Shown: piece after piece, positions 22,474 through 35,005 of the stretch
How the letters are laid out: each line of letters begins with the position of its first letter
Position numbering within the stretch: the first letter of the stretch is position 1
NCBI RefSeq assembly: GCF_048593235.1
Contig: NC_133618.1
Coordinates: forward strand, 513,875,675 to 513,939,416
Direction of reading: 5' to 3'
Length of the DNA: 63,742 nt
Source of the DNA: Sminthopsis crassicaudata
Lineage: Eukaryota
Made by a program: the position numbers and the translations under genes
The notes under the pieces: model-generated
The model's database searches: none
Told to the model about the DNA's origin: nothing
Seen by the model: only the letters and a program-made list of their open reading frames with translations

Positions 22474-23054
22474 GTGAGCGCTGGGGAAGACCCGGGCCCG
22501 AAGGAGAGGGAAGCACCGCTGATGGGAGAGAGTTGGAAAGATCTTTCTCTGGTGACCTTGCTAGGAACCGTGGTTTTGGAGAGGGCGTTAATGTCCCATG
22601 TGTCATGTTTCCTTTTCTCTTCAAGTTAGTGACCCTGCCTTGATTACCAACAATACACAGATTCTGGTTTCATTTCTCTTCTCCCCCCTCCCCCTCAATT
22701 TAAGCAGAAATTTTCAGTGATGTCAGTTCTTTAATGCTTAAATTTGGTAGAATCTTTAAGTGCTAAGAGAAGAATGGTAAGTTTGTAATAATTAAGAATT
22801 GGAGAGCATCTTAGAGGTCATTTAATTCAAGTGTCTTATTAGGAAACTTGAGGCCCTCAGAGGTGAAGGAACTTGAAGACAGTCATATAGGTAGATAATA
22901 GCAGGGCTCTAATTCCTTTTCACTGTATCACTCCTCTTAAGTTTACCCTTTTTCAGGATGTGAGACAGGTTACTTTCTGTTGAGGTATATTAAAGAATGG
23001 GAGATTTTATGAGGGTAGAGTAGAAAAGAAAAATTCCTGTCTTTTGTTTTATAG

Positions 23055-23122
23055 CTGGCCCAGTGATCATGTCCATTGAGGAGAAGATGGAGGCTGATGC
23101 TCGATCCATCTATGTGGGCAAT
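23055..23122 (+). CDS. PABPN1: PABPN1 exon 3
   Basis: [23 protein letters not shown]; 68 nt; AG/GT boundaries. Confidence 0.97.
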
Positions 23123-23515
23123 GTAAGTATTAGTTTTTTCCTAGAAAAGGATCTAATGAAGTTGATCTTCAAGAAAAGTGGTTACTTGGGATTTAGCTTT
23201 AGGGTGAGAGTGGGAGGTATAGTATAAATTGTTGGATTTTTAACTGGGCACTCCTCCAACGTCATTTAGTCCAGCTCCCCTGTAATTTGTAGACGAAGAA
23301 ACTAAGTGAATTGCAAAGGAAAAGACCTGGGATTGGTCAGAAAAAGGAATAGTTCTGACTTTGTAGTTAGCTTGCCTTTTGTTAGTGTCTAGATGATTTA
23401 AGGATTCTTCTTTCCCTTCATCTTTCCCACCCCCACCTCAATGCTAGACCAACAACAGCCAATGTGGTCTTGGATTGTGTTTGCCCTATCAGTGAAATTT
23501 GTCTTTTCTGCTTAG

Positions 23516-23622
23516 GTGGACTATGGTGCAACAGCAGAAGAGCTGGAGGCACACTTCCATGGTTGTGGTTCAGTTAATCGAGTTACAATCCTTTGTGACA
23601 AATTCAGTGGCCATCCTAAGGG
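23516..23622 (+). CDS. PABPN1: PABPN1 exon 4 (RRM)
   Basis: [36 protein letters not shown]; 107 nt. Confidence 0.98.
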
Positions 23623-24183
23623 GTAAGCATGGGGAAGATATGGTAGAGTCACAGGTTAACGCTCATTTCATCAAATTTAAAGTCAGGTAGTATATGTGTT
23701 ATATTTGGTACTTAGTTGAATGTGGAGAGGCGGCTTTATAGAGTTGGCCTTAAAGCATATTAAATTTAAATTCTGCCTCTGACATAGGGAAAGTCACTTA
23801 ACTTTTCAGTATTTTAGTCAACTCTCTTAAGACTACACATTGCAGAGAAATTGCCAACCTGGATTGAGTGTTCCTTATACCAGGGAAAATCACAAATCCA
23901 GGCTTTATTATTGTTGAATGTAAGAAACTTGAGGGCGTGCATTAATTCTTTTTTGCAGTTGTATCTCTAGGATTAGCATGGTGTGTTTTACACAAATGCT
24001 TATTATATATTTATTTAGGCCAGAATAAGGTAAGGTAGATCATATGGCCTTCCGTTAGGGAGCTGACATGTTAAACTAACCCTGGTATAAGTGTATATAG
24101 GGAGATAATTATGTATAGAAAACTGTAGGAAAATAAATGTAGGAAAAAGTATAAGTTTATTTTTGTTTTCTCCCCTTTCCCAG

Positions 24184-24271
24184 GTTTGCATACATAGAAT
24201 TTTCAGATAAAGATTCAGTGAGGACGTCGATGGCCTTGGATGATTCTCTTTTCAGAGGAAGACAGATCAAA
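24184..24271 (+). CDS. PABPN1: PABPN1 exon 5 (RRM, RNP1)
   Basis: [29 protein letters not shown]; 88 nt. Confidence 0.98.
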
Positions 24272-24352
24272 GTAAGTGCTATCCGTATATGTGAGTGTTC
24301 CATGCTGATTTGGAGTATTTGCCTTACCTTAACTATTTTCAATTTGCTCAAG

Positions 24353-24504
24353 GTGATACCAAAACGGACCAATCGGCCGGGGATCAGCACCACAGATCGG
24401 GGTTTTCCACGTGCTCGATATCGTGCCAGGGCTACTAACTACAGTAGTTCACGCTCTCGATTCTATAGTGGCTTCAACAGCAGACCTCGGGGCCGAGTCT
24501 ACAG
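24353..24504 (+). CDS. PABPN1: PABPN1 exon 6 (Arg-rich C-terminal region)
   Basis: [26 protein letters not shown]...RPRGRVYR; 152 nt; donor CAG|gtcagg. Confidence 0.98.
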
Positions 24505-25409
24505 GTCAGGATAGATGGGCTGCTCCTCTCTCCTTCCCCATGACTCTTAAACCCTGCTTCTCATCTGGCTCAAGCCCTCACTCCCTAGAGGAGCTTCAGT
24601 CCTTACCTGTGTGTGATGGTAGTTAAAGGGCAAGCTTAACTTAAAGAACCCCAGTCAGTACCTGGGGCTAAGGAGAGGATCCCAGTCTACTTCAGAGGCT
24701 TCTCCTTCTTAGTTATTGGTAGCACTACAAACTTACTAGCAAGAGGGTTTCGAAAACATCAAAGGCTGAGCAGAACCAGGTGTCACTGTCCTTAGGAAGG
24801 TGGGAGGAAAGAGGGGGTAAGGTGTTTTTTTTTTTTTTTCTCAGGGGTGGGGAAGGATTGGAAAATGCCAGTTAGTTTGGATCTCTCCATCATGGATGAC
24901 TTATGAAGGTTATCTTTACTAGCTTTTGTCAGGGTTTTAGGAATTATCATTTTCTTAGTGTCTGGATGCTTGTTTTTAGAACCTAAAGGTTCCTTTATTT
25001 TAATCTTCTTAATATGTAGGGAATGTTAGGTAGTATAAACCTCTAACTTTTCGAAAGAGCTACTTTTTCTGATCCCTGGAGAGTTAAGAAAAGGACTGGT
25101 GGTTATAATACCTGTCATGGGCAACAGTGTGCTTTTGGGGAGGGTTGAAAACAAACCCTGGCATAGGTAGAATAGTTTTTTTTTTCTCTCTCCCCATGGG
25201 ACATACACTCTGAGTGTAGTTTCTTTCCATCATCCAGATAACTTCCATTCTGCTGCTAACTTGTGCCCTCTGGTGGGATTTTAGATATTAGTAGTGAAAA
25301 ACTTGTACCTTAGATAGGAACTAGAATTGGACCAATAGGATCACGGGAGGGGGTTGTACTGAGATGTCCATTAACTATGTTTACACCCAACTCTCCTTCT
25401 TTTTTCTAG

Positions 25410-25430
25410 GGGCCGGGCTAGAGCGACGTC
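25410..25430 (+). CDS. PABPN1: PABPN1 exon 7, visible part (stop expected ~25449, inside the gap)
   Basis: Acceptor tttttctag|G; GRARAT; SWYSPY* expected in the N run. Confidence 0.92.
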
Positions 25431-25692
25431 NNNNNNNNNNNNNNNNNNNNNNNNNNNNNNNNNNNNNNNNNNNNNNNNNNNNNNNNNNNNNNNNNNNNNN
25501 NNNNNNNNNNNNNNNNNNNNNNNNNNNNNNNNNNNNNNNNNNNNNNNNNNNNNNNNNNNNNNNNNNNNNNNNNNNNNNNNNNNNNNNNNNNNNNNNNNNN
25601 NNNNNNNNNNNNNNNNNNNNNNNNNNNNNNNNNNNNNNNNNNNNNNNNNNNNNNNNNNNNNNNNNNNNNNNNNNNNNNNNNNNNNNNNNNNN
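25431..25692. other. Assembly gap (262 N) over the PABPN1 stop and proximal 3'UTR
   Basis: N run. Confidence 0.95.
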
Positions 25693-26384
25693 AGGGGAAG
25701 GGCCCCCCGGGGAATGGGACAGGGGGCTGCTCATTCACTCTGGGGGTTCGACATGGACAAGTCTCGACTTCGAAAACTGTTCCCTACCCTTTTCTTCCCT
25801 GCCTCCTCTCCTCACTTCACCCACTGGGGCTGCTCAGGGGTGGGGGCAGGATGGTGGGAAAGGTTTTACCTAAGGGTATATAAGGACACAAAACTGTTCT
25901 GCTTGTTACCCTCCCTCCATCTCTTCCCTGTTCTCCTTCCTGCCTGCCTCTTATCCTGCCAATTACCCCCTTCCCCGCTCCCCTCTTCCTGGCTCCCTGT
26001 CCCTCATCCCTGGGACTACTTCTCCTGACCCTCCAGAGATTCCCTGGTGATCTATTTTGTTTCCGTTTGTGTTTCTGTTTCTGTTTTGAGTGTCTTTCTT
26101 TGCAGGTTTCTGTAGCCGGAAGAACTCCGTTCCGCTCCCAGCGGCTCCAGTGTAAACTCCCCTTCCCCCTGGGGAAATGCACCACCTTGTTTTGGGGGGG
26201 TGGGGGTTGGGTATTTTTTCTTTTTTCTTTTTTCCTTTTTTTTTTCTTTGTTTTAATTTGGTTTTGGAGGGGTGGGAGGAAGTGGGAATGGGATGGAGGG
26301 AGGGTTTGGGGATTTTGTTTATTTTTTTAGGTATTTCCAGGGGTGGGAGGAGTTTTTTGTTTTTTTTTTTTAATATGTGTCATG

Positions 26385-26390
26385 AATAAA
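26385..26390 (+). terminator. PABPN1 polyadenylation signal
   Basis: AATAAA (in AATAAAATAAAA) after a GU/U-rich 3'UTR. Confidence 0.8.
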
Positions 26391-27149
26391 ATAAAAATGT
26401 TTTTTGAAAATAGTGTGCAGTCTTTTCAATGTGAGGAATATTTGTTTCCTTAGATCTCAGCTAGAAGATCTCCTTGGGCAGAAGTGTTGGTGTTATGGAG
26501 GTAGATTTGCCACTTAAAATTAAAAATAGGCCTTAAATTACAAGCAGTAAGGATAATGAAAATTGTAATTGGGAAAGACTAGTTTTCTGGTCTATGTTCT
26601 CCTGGACATTTGATAGGTATAAATGTAAGCCAAGACTAGATAGTGACCTAAATGCATGTTTGTACTATTTACCAGTGATGTCCAACTCAAAAGGATGGCT
26701 CCTAAATTGAAGACTTGCATGTGGAACACATAATTGACTTTAAAAATCACAAACATTTTATTATGCTTACTTTGTTAAACATTTTCCAGTTTGGACAAGT
26801 ATTTGTGCTTCATGTTTTTTGGACACCTCTGCTGGTATGTATTTGGTTGTAGATGCTTTGTCCACATCTTTTAAACCTTGGACTAACAGGCTCTCTCTCC
26901 CCATTTGTGTTGCCATGTGAACTTTAGGAAATAAGCTATTTTAAATTCAACTAAAACACTTGTGAAGGTAAACTTTATTTCAGAAGGATTTAAAGATAAT
27001 TAGAAAGCTAACATTCTTATCAGATGTTTTAGATCATTACTTTAGCTCTTGAATAAATGCTGTCTCTACTTAAAATTCACAAAAATTTGCCTCCAAAGAT
27101 CTTTTTTTGTTGTTGTCTAGAGATTCAACTCAGAAAAGCCTTTTTTCAG

Positions 27150-27290
27150 TGTGTCTCCAAATTACAGATGAACTGGAGCAAAAAGGGGTTGAGTGACTTG
27201 CCCAGGGTCATGCCATTAGTGTTTTGAAGTCGAATTTTAACTCTTCCTGACTCTAGGCCACATGTTCTAGCCATTGGATTGCCTAACTGT
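27150..27290 (-). mobile_element. MIR/Mar1 CORE-SINE fragment
   Basis: ttacagatg..gtgacttgcccagggtca CORE sequence. Confidence 0.65.
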
Positions 27291-30200
27291 TCTGGACTTG
27301 TCTTACAGTTTTTCAAGTCATCTAATCCAGATGTACACTTCATTTTGTATGCATTTTGTAATGGCTTTTGTCTGAAATTTCACTTTTGGCAGTTTCCTAT
27401 TCTTCAGTTAGCTTTCCCACAAAGGATTTCTTTACTATTCTGACCTGCACTGATCTTTTTGAACTTCCATACCTTATATTAGATACTTGTCATTTTGGCC
27501 ACTAGTCATAATAGTTTCACTTTTTTTTTTTTTTCTCTCCAGTTAGTAAATTATTTGAACAGAGTTGTATTCACCAGGTAAGTACTTGCTGTTTGAATAC
27601 ATTTAGGGGATTTGTGGGATGAAGAATAGCTTAGTGACTGCTGAAGTGGATTGATCTATTTTATCTGTTCATGAGGATGTAATTTGGCTTTCTAGTAACA
27701 TGGTTAAATTTTCCTTTCAGGTTAAGACTGGTTTGAGGGAATTGTCTTGTATGGTTGGTCATCCTACTGTTTTAGGAATTGGAGTATCCCATATCTTTAA
27801 AATTCTTATGGGTCAAAACTGTATGGGGACTTGCTTGGCTGCTTTTTGAAATAATACCATCCAATCCCTCCTTTCTTGGCCCAGTCTTTACTAAAGTAGA
27901 AGTTAATATTTTCTGTGACTTGCTTATACTTCCCATTCCTTTTCAGGTATTCTGGTTTGTTTTCTTTTCTATTAGAGAACTTTGCAATTTTCTAACTTTA
28001 AATTTAATTTTTAAACTGCATTTTAACATTTAAAATAGAAGGTAATTTATTTGTAACCTGTTTATACAATTAACTCAGCAAAGTAATTTTGGGGATTGGT
28101 GACAATAAAGATTAAATATTCTACAATCAATCCTAGCTCCAATCCTAAGATTCAGATTTCCTACTCCAGATGTGATTATTTTGCTGTGAATAGTATACTT
28201 ATTTTAGATGAAGAATATGACTGGGGAGTAAGATTCAGCCTTAGCATTCTCCTTACCACTTAGTCCTTTGGAAGTAGAAGGGACTAATGTTTTTTGAAGG
28301 TGAGAGATACTGGACTGTGACAACTAGATGGTTCTGTATAGCACATGAGTGGTAAGATCTAATGGCAGGGAAGTTAAGTACCCCACAAGGCAAATTATCC
28401 AGTTATTTTACTAGACTTATTCAGCCTTATCTCTAGGCTGACTTTGGGGAAATTGAATTATTTGAGAACAGAAGCTAGTGCTGTAATTTATGTTAAAAAC
28501 CAAGAACCTGAGTGGGGGAGGGAAAGTGATGGGTAAGAGATTTAAGAGTTAAAGTATCTTACATAGCACTGTGCCAGGGCCAGGGTTAAGCACTTTAAAA
28601 TTGTTTTCATTTGATCCTCACGTACCCTATGACGTTGATGTTACATGCCTATTTTACATTCAAGGAAACTGAGGCAAACAACTTGGCTGCGATTACATAG
28701 CTAGCAAAAGACTGGATTTGTACTCAGATGTTCAATCTGATAACAGTATCCCCTGTCTTAAGAAATGGACAAATTAAGTTACCTCCTTATGATGTCATTG
28801 GTTATTTATTACAATGTTATCAAAGGGGATTTTACAGAAGACTCAGGTCACCATGACCTTGACCTTTTCTAATACTGTGCTGGGGCAAGGTGGAGAGTTG
28901 GTCATGATCTCAAAAGTTCTGCCAGGCCCTTAGCAAACTGGAAAGGCATCTAGTGTGATCCCAGTGATGAACTGTACATATGTTCTCTGCATATTGATTT
29001 AGAAAGTTCATCCCCAGGTTAGCTACAAGGTGACACATTTTTTCAGCCATAGTAATTGCCAAAAGATATTTTGGAGAGATTGCATACTCTTGCAGCAGAG
29101 TAGGGGGAACCATGCTAAATGATAGATCCTCAAGGTATTAGAGCATTCAAATGGTATTTAAACAGTGAAGAATATTCCTCTCATATCTCGTAACTTCTTT
29201 CATTGTGGATCAATGTGTCATCCATGAAGAATATCTCAACCTTTGTCAAACCTAGGTCTTGAGTCAGTAAATTCTATTTGAATAAAATTATCAAACACAA
29301 GTAGGGCAAACTAAAGTAGCAATTTTATTTGGGTGTAAGAACTTCAAAGTTCAGAGATACATGTTAAATTCCACTATTTTAGGATTTGGCGAACCAGATA
29401 TACTTAATGCTTATAACTTTTTTTTTTTTAGATCTGCAATATCTTGCCTATTCAGCTACAGTAAAAATTCTTTCAGGATAGGCACCTCATCACCTGAATG
29501 CCTGATACTTTCTACTACTTTACTGACCACAATAAATGCTTGTTCAAATGTCCTCATAGCCTTGTAAATTTCATAAACTTTGATCTCTGTATCTTAAGAC
29601 TTCCCTCCCAAGGCCTCTATTCTAAAAAACTTTGCCTTGTCTTCCCAGGAGTTTAGCCCTTTTCCAGACTCTGTAATATTTATCTGTTATTATCTGTATA
29701 CTTGTTTTCCCCACTAGAATATAAGCTCTTCTAGGGCCAAGAATTTTAAATTTTTTGTGCCCCTTAATATTTCTCTTTATGTACGTCTTTCTGCAGGCAG
29801 GAACTGCTCTAACTCCTTGATCATTTTAGCTTCTTTCCTCTAGACTTTTCCCAGTTCTGTGAAAAAACAAACAAAAAAGCATATATATATATATATTGAC
29901 AAGGAAATTAGTTCACTATTTTTGTCATCACTTTTGAAATTACTGTACTAAATAGCATACATAATCCCAAATTATTGGCAAATAAAGCAGCCTGAGATTT
30001 ATATAGGATCTTTTTTCCCAAAATACTCAAAGACCTTTTTCATATATGATTTTGATAGTTCACACAGTTCCTAAAGAGTTTTATCTGGGATGGGATAATT
30101 TCCATATTACCAATAACTCAAGGCTACAGGTAAAATTCCAACTTCGACTGCCTTTTTCTCATATAGTGACTATGCATCCCAGAATTACTTGATCCATATT

Positions 30201-30325
30201 TCAAGAACATTGCTCTTTAATGAAGCACTCATTACAAAAGAATTTTTGTAATAGGGGACAGCCTTAAGATTTATACAGGCTTTCTCCCCATCCCCCGAAG
30301 ATTCTCAGTGTGCTTTATAGTCTGC

Positions 30326-30474
30326 TTTTTTTTTTTTTTTCCTGAGGCAATTGAGGTTAAGTGATACCCAGGGTCACACAGCTAGGAAGTGTTAAGTGTC
30401 TGAGGTCAGTTTTGAACTCAAGTTCTTCTGACTTAAGGGCTGGTGCTCTTAACTACTATGCCACCTAGCTTCCC
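30326..30474 (-). mobile_element. WSINE1-type SINE, full length
   Basis: poly(T) + gggtcacacagctaggaagtgttaagtgtctgag...ccacctagct. Confidence 0.85.
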
Positions 30475-30604
30475 TGGGTTATGCTGTCTTACAAAGTTTA
30501 TTGCCTCTTGCCTGAAACTGCCCCTGAAAATACTATGCTTATTTTATGCTTCTCTTCACCCTTTGCCCACATGCTGGAAATGACTTTCTTTGATTTATTT
30601 AAAC

Positions 30605-30800
30605 CAGGGGTGGGGAAAGTATCCAGGCCTTGTAAGGCCTGTGAAATTTGCTAAGGCCACTGCAGGTGGCAACAAGCTGAAAGCTAGGTACATCATCCCA
30701 CTGCTTTGAGTTCTACGAGTTGATAATTTTGTATGACATGTGAATGTTAAAGATATCCAAATGATCCTTGGCAGAAAAAAAAGTTTGCTACTCCTAATCT
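30605..30800. mobile_element. hAT-like non-autonomous DNA transposon remnant
   Basis: caggggtggggaa terminus with degenerate opposite end; family not determined. Confidence 0.4.
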
Positions 30801-31909
30801 AAACAAACCCTACTTTTAAGATTCAAAAGGACACATTCATTTTACTGTTCTTCAAACATTCCTAGTAAAAACTTGAGGTCACTTCAGCCTGTGATGATTT
30901 TAAACAAATCATTTCTTCTAGACCTTAATTTCTCCATCCTTAAAATGAGTGGACTGCATTTTACATGACCTCCAAGGATTCTTCCAGTTCTAATGTTCTG
31001 ATTTGCATAAATCAAAGGATTATAAATTTAGAGCCGAAGGAGACCTTTAAAATTATTCAATTAGTTTTACTATTGAGGACACAAACCCAGAGAGAAGGGG
31101 TCTAGGCTGGCAGAAGTGGGATTTAAATTCAGGACCTCTGACAAGGTCATCTGTCTACAAATTCAGCACTTTATCTCATTCTACTCTGCTTTCTATTTTA
31201 GATGTCCTTTTCCTCTAAACTTTTAATGGTATTTGTAGTAACAATAGTTTACATTTCTCTTGGACATTGTAATTTGCAAGCATTTTCTTCCCATCAATGT
31301 TGCCAAGGACGTAATGCAAGCAATAGAAATCCTTTGGTGTCTGAGTAAGGTGACTAGGTGGGAAACTGGCAGTGTTCTAAGCTACTTCTTCATACATACT
31401 GCCTTGGTAATATTTAGTTTTAACATGTACATCTAGAGTCCCCATCCAGAGTATGTTATGTTTCTTGAGGGCCTAGATTCTGTTATGCAGTGCTCCCTTT
31501 TGTCTTCGCATAGTGCCTAGGACCCAGGATAGGCTTAATACTTATTGCATGAGTAAAGCAATTCATGAGGTTGATAATCTCCTGGTTTGGGCAGTTGCTC
31601 CCCATTCCTACATCCAAATTTTTCTTGAAGAAACTTAGATATGGTAATTTAGGAGAGTGGATCCCCTATTGAAACATTCTGGCCCCATTAAGGCAAATGT
31701 GCTTACTCTCTTATCACCTGCCCTCCAGTAGCTGTTCATAGTATAGTGGCTGTGATAAAGGAAAATAACATTTTTCAAGAGCCCAGTGAGATGGAGGAAG
31801 TGGTAGGGTAGGGGATTGATGTTTCATATTTCAAAGATGCTTTCCCATTGCACCCCTCCCAAAAAAAAGGCATGCATAAAGACAGAAAAAAAATGTTTAG
31901 GCTCCTCCT

Positions 31910-31930
31910 TTTATTTAAAATTTCTTTATT
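31910..31930 (-). terminator. Two AATAAA signals, SLC22A17 3' end
   Basis: tttatt at 31910-31915 and 31925-31930, about 490 nt past the stop. Confidence 0.75.
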
Positions 31931-32417
31931 GAAATATAAGTAGTAGGCCCCAGTGTGTGAAGTCTGGGTATCCCTGGGTGAGACTAGAGAGGCCTGCTGT
32001 TCTCACTGCAGTCCACACTTGCGTCTTTTGCTAGGGAATCGCTGTCCAGGACCCTATGATCCCTCCCCCAGACACCAGTGGGGGGGGGGGGGGAGAACTA
32101 CAAAGTAGCAGGGAAGAGTAAATGAAGCAGGCTTGTGATCTCCCCTTGTCTAGTAGTGGCATTCCATGACCTGGGATGCACTTAACTCCACTTTCCACAT
32201 GGCCTTCTTGGGAACTCCATCTTCCTATTGGATGAGGTTCACTCATGTTTTGTGGCCAGACTTCCCTCTTCCCAAGAGCCCACTCTTCAGCCTATCTTGG
32301 GCTTTGTGTGACCAGCATGGCATGCTAGGGTATTTCCCATCTTTTTCATGGCATCTATCAGCCTCTGCATTTTGAAGGCAGTGCCCCATTCTCCTGTCAG
32401 CAGACCCAACACAGTAT

Positions 32418-32706
32418 TCAGAGGGCAGGCGTTGGTGTGGCAAGAAGGGGGACATGGTCACAACGGGTTGGGGGTGGCGGCCTTAGCAAGGAGGGCCGAC
32501 GGCAGAGCTCCCCATCCCTAAGGGCCTCTGGAAGGGCCTTGCGTTTGCTCTCAGGCAGCAGCATGATGCTAAGAATGCAGAGAAGGGCACAGGCTGCCAA
32601 GACCACGTGCTGCAAGAAGGCACCTCGGCCAGCATGGAGCCGCTGTACTGGACCACTCAGCTGGCCTAGTGCTCCTAATGCCAGGATTAGGCCCAGGCCC
32701 CGTCCC
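32418..32706 (-). CDS. SLC22A17: SLC22A17 last coding exon
   Basis: [14 protein letters not shown]...[22 protein letters not shown]...[14 protein letters not shown]; acceptor ccacag|G. Confidence 0.97.
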
Positions 32707-33089
32707 CTGTGGAAGGAGGGAAACGAAACAAACAGCCTGAAGATGCCAATTCTGACCCAAATAGCTGCTTTCCCGTCTCAGTTTAGAACTACCCCTTCAC
32801 AATCCCCTTCCTAATATCAAAAATATTGCTTTACATGTGTTATTTGATAGTCAAAATAATACCTCAAAATAGTAGTAGGATCCCCTTTTTTACAGAAGGA
32901 AAAATTAAGACTGAGAAAGGGGACTTGCCCAGAATCAGATAGCTAATATATCTCTGATAAGACTTGAACTTCTGACTTCAGGGCCAGCATTCTTTTCCCC
33001 TGTCCAGCTTGGACTTTGCTCTTAACTCCCTTAGTATCAGGCTGGAGAGGACCCACTATCACCTGAGTCTTCCCCCGCCTCGTTCTCAC

Positions 33090-33201
33090 CGGACTGTTGT
33101 AGGGATGACCTCTGCAGCAAGAAGAATGCTGAGAACGCCGGCAGCGTGGGCAAAGAAGAGCCCAAGCACAGAGAAAGTGGTGATGGCCACATCGTTCAAA
33201 T
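33090..33201 (-). CDS. SLC22A17: SLC22A17 coding exon 8
   Basis: [38 protein letters not shown]; 112 nt; AG/GT boundaries. Confidence 0.95.
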
Positions 33202-33558
33202 CTGTAGAAGCAGAGGAAAAAATGTCGGAGCCCAGAAGGCCTCGCCTGCCCAGTCCATAGTGCCCTCAGAAGTCCTGCAGGCTTGGCATTGCATTTACTG
33301 GGCAGCATGCCAAAAATCATCTCCCTGGGATCTAGGCTGGTACTTTACATACAGCTCGCTTTTCTCAACAAGTGTGTGTGTTGATGAGAATGGGGTGGGG
33401 TGGGGTTGGCAATAGAAAAGGTGGTAAGAAGTGTGTTATGAGGCTCATCTGTCAGAGAAATGGGGACTTTGGACAAAGGGTCGGGGGATTTCGTGTATCT
33501 GATTGCATCACAGCCCCCAGAAAAGGGGAAGATGTCGCCATGGCTCTGGAATGCTCAC

Positions 33559-33782
33559 AATCTCTCAGGCCCAGCAGCACAAGAGAGGCAATGCCGGTGA
33601 GGGTCATAGTGAGCAGCAGGATGCCCCGACGGCCAAAACGGTCAACGGTAACCCCCAGGAAGACACAGGCCAAGCCAGCTGTGCCTCCAGCCAGCAGAGA
33701 ATACAGGTTGAAGTCGACCTGGGACTTCCGTCCCACTCCTCCCACAAGCTGGTAGCAGTGTCTAATCCCATGGGCAATGAAG
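33559..33782 (-). CDS. SLC22A17: SLC22A17 coding exon 7
   Basis: [11 protein letters not shown]...[14 protein letters not shown] (MFS motif A); 224 nt. Confidence 0.96.
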
Positions 33783-33997
33783 CTGTAAGGGTGAGACAAA
33801 TGGAAAGACCTTGAATCTTTATCCCACAGCTCCCTCACCTCTGCTAGAACCCAGTTTTCCAGAATCTAGGCTGTCCAGCCTATGTGGAATTCTTAATGTC
33901 TAGCCTAGTGGGCTGAAGTCTCCACCCCCAACTCCTTGAGCTCAGTGCCAGAGAGGCACCCCGTCCACCACCCCTTGCTGCTTTGTTCAATGCTTAC

Positions 33998-34103
33998 GTG
34001 GTGAAGCCCAGGATAAGTAGATTTTTCCAGATGTTGCGGCAGCTGAGTAAGGCTGAAAGTGAGATCTGGGCTGCTGCAGGAAGGGGACAAGTATTCTCCA
34101 GAT
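33998..34103 (-). CDS. SLC22A17: SLC22A17 coding exon 6
   Basis: [35 protein letters not shown]; 106 nt; AG/GT boundaries. Confidence 0.95.
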
Positions 34104-34414
34104 CTTGGGAAGGGAGGGAAAAAAGGAAAGAGGAAAGTATACTCCAGAAACTGAAGTGATTATATGGGCACACAGCTAAAGTTACATGTTGATCTGGTCC
34201 CTGAGCAGGGAATGTTTAGTGTCAGAATCCCCTCTGGGATGTGAAGGCCTGTTTTTAGAGTGGGAGGCCTCTCTGAGGCAAGTTTCCATAGGAAGAGGCC
34301 TGCCTGGCCTATTGAGGTCTCAAGTCTGCCTACAGAAAGTCACCTACATGTCTACCCACTGAGAAAGTATTCACTAGCTGAGAGCTCTCCAAGTCTTCTT
34401 CCCTCGGTCCTCAC

Positions 34415-34560
34415 CTCGGAGGGCTTCTTCAGCTTCGTCCACCAGTGGTTCCCCTTGAGGTCTGTTTCTTTGAGCCAGAACTCTTAAAACAGCCTGGGCC
34501 TCTGTTGTCCGACGAGACACCAACAGCCACCTCGAAGACTCTAGGAACAGACCTGGCCAA
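34415..34560 (-). CDS. SLC22A17: SLC22A17 coding exon 5
   Basis: [14 protein letters not shown]...EAEEALR; 146 nt. Confidence 0.95.
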
Positions 34561-34839
34561 CTAGACAGGCAGGGGAGACGATTGTGGGGGAGGGAGGGGA
34601 GCAGAAGCAAGTTCTGGTCACAGAGCAGGCTTCTCCATGCTTGGAACTCCCTGTCCTGGGGACAACCTTTGCCACTACTGGGAAGATGAGGTTGGGGGAA
34701 GAGCTTTAGGAGCCAAGGGGAGACGGTGATGGGAGAATGAGGGAGTGAACTGGGTGTGGGGGGGAGAGGGTTAGATTTACAAGAGCAAGTCCCTAGCTCT
34801 ATGGGCTAGCTGGTGGAGGATATGGGAGAGGCTACTGAC

Positions 34840-35005
34840 CCATAGAGCAGGAAGAGAATACAGGGAGCCGTGATCAATCTGAGCAGAAGTCTCCAGTCCT
34901 TGCAGGCCAGAGCCAGGCCCAAGAGCAGAAACTGTCCCACTACTCCCATCAGCTCTCCAGCCAGGATTGCCCGGAGCCTCTGGGAGGGCTCACATAACTC
35001 CAGGC
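34840..35005 (-). CDS. SLC22A17: SLC22A17 coding exon 4
   Basis: [18 protein letters not shown]...[21 protein letters not shown]; 166 nt. Confidence 0.95.

Larger units (their letters stand above)
21200..22520. promoter_or_regulatory. PABPN1 promoter CpG island
   Basis: GC/CpG-rich segment spanning exon 1, intron 1 and exon 2; bounds approximate. Confidence 0.85.

Noticed and set aside
33452-33558. Possible alternative-donor extension of SLC22A17 exon 7 (CEH...)
   Set aside because: No convincing downstream donor before the stop; treated as intron read-through
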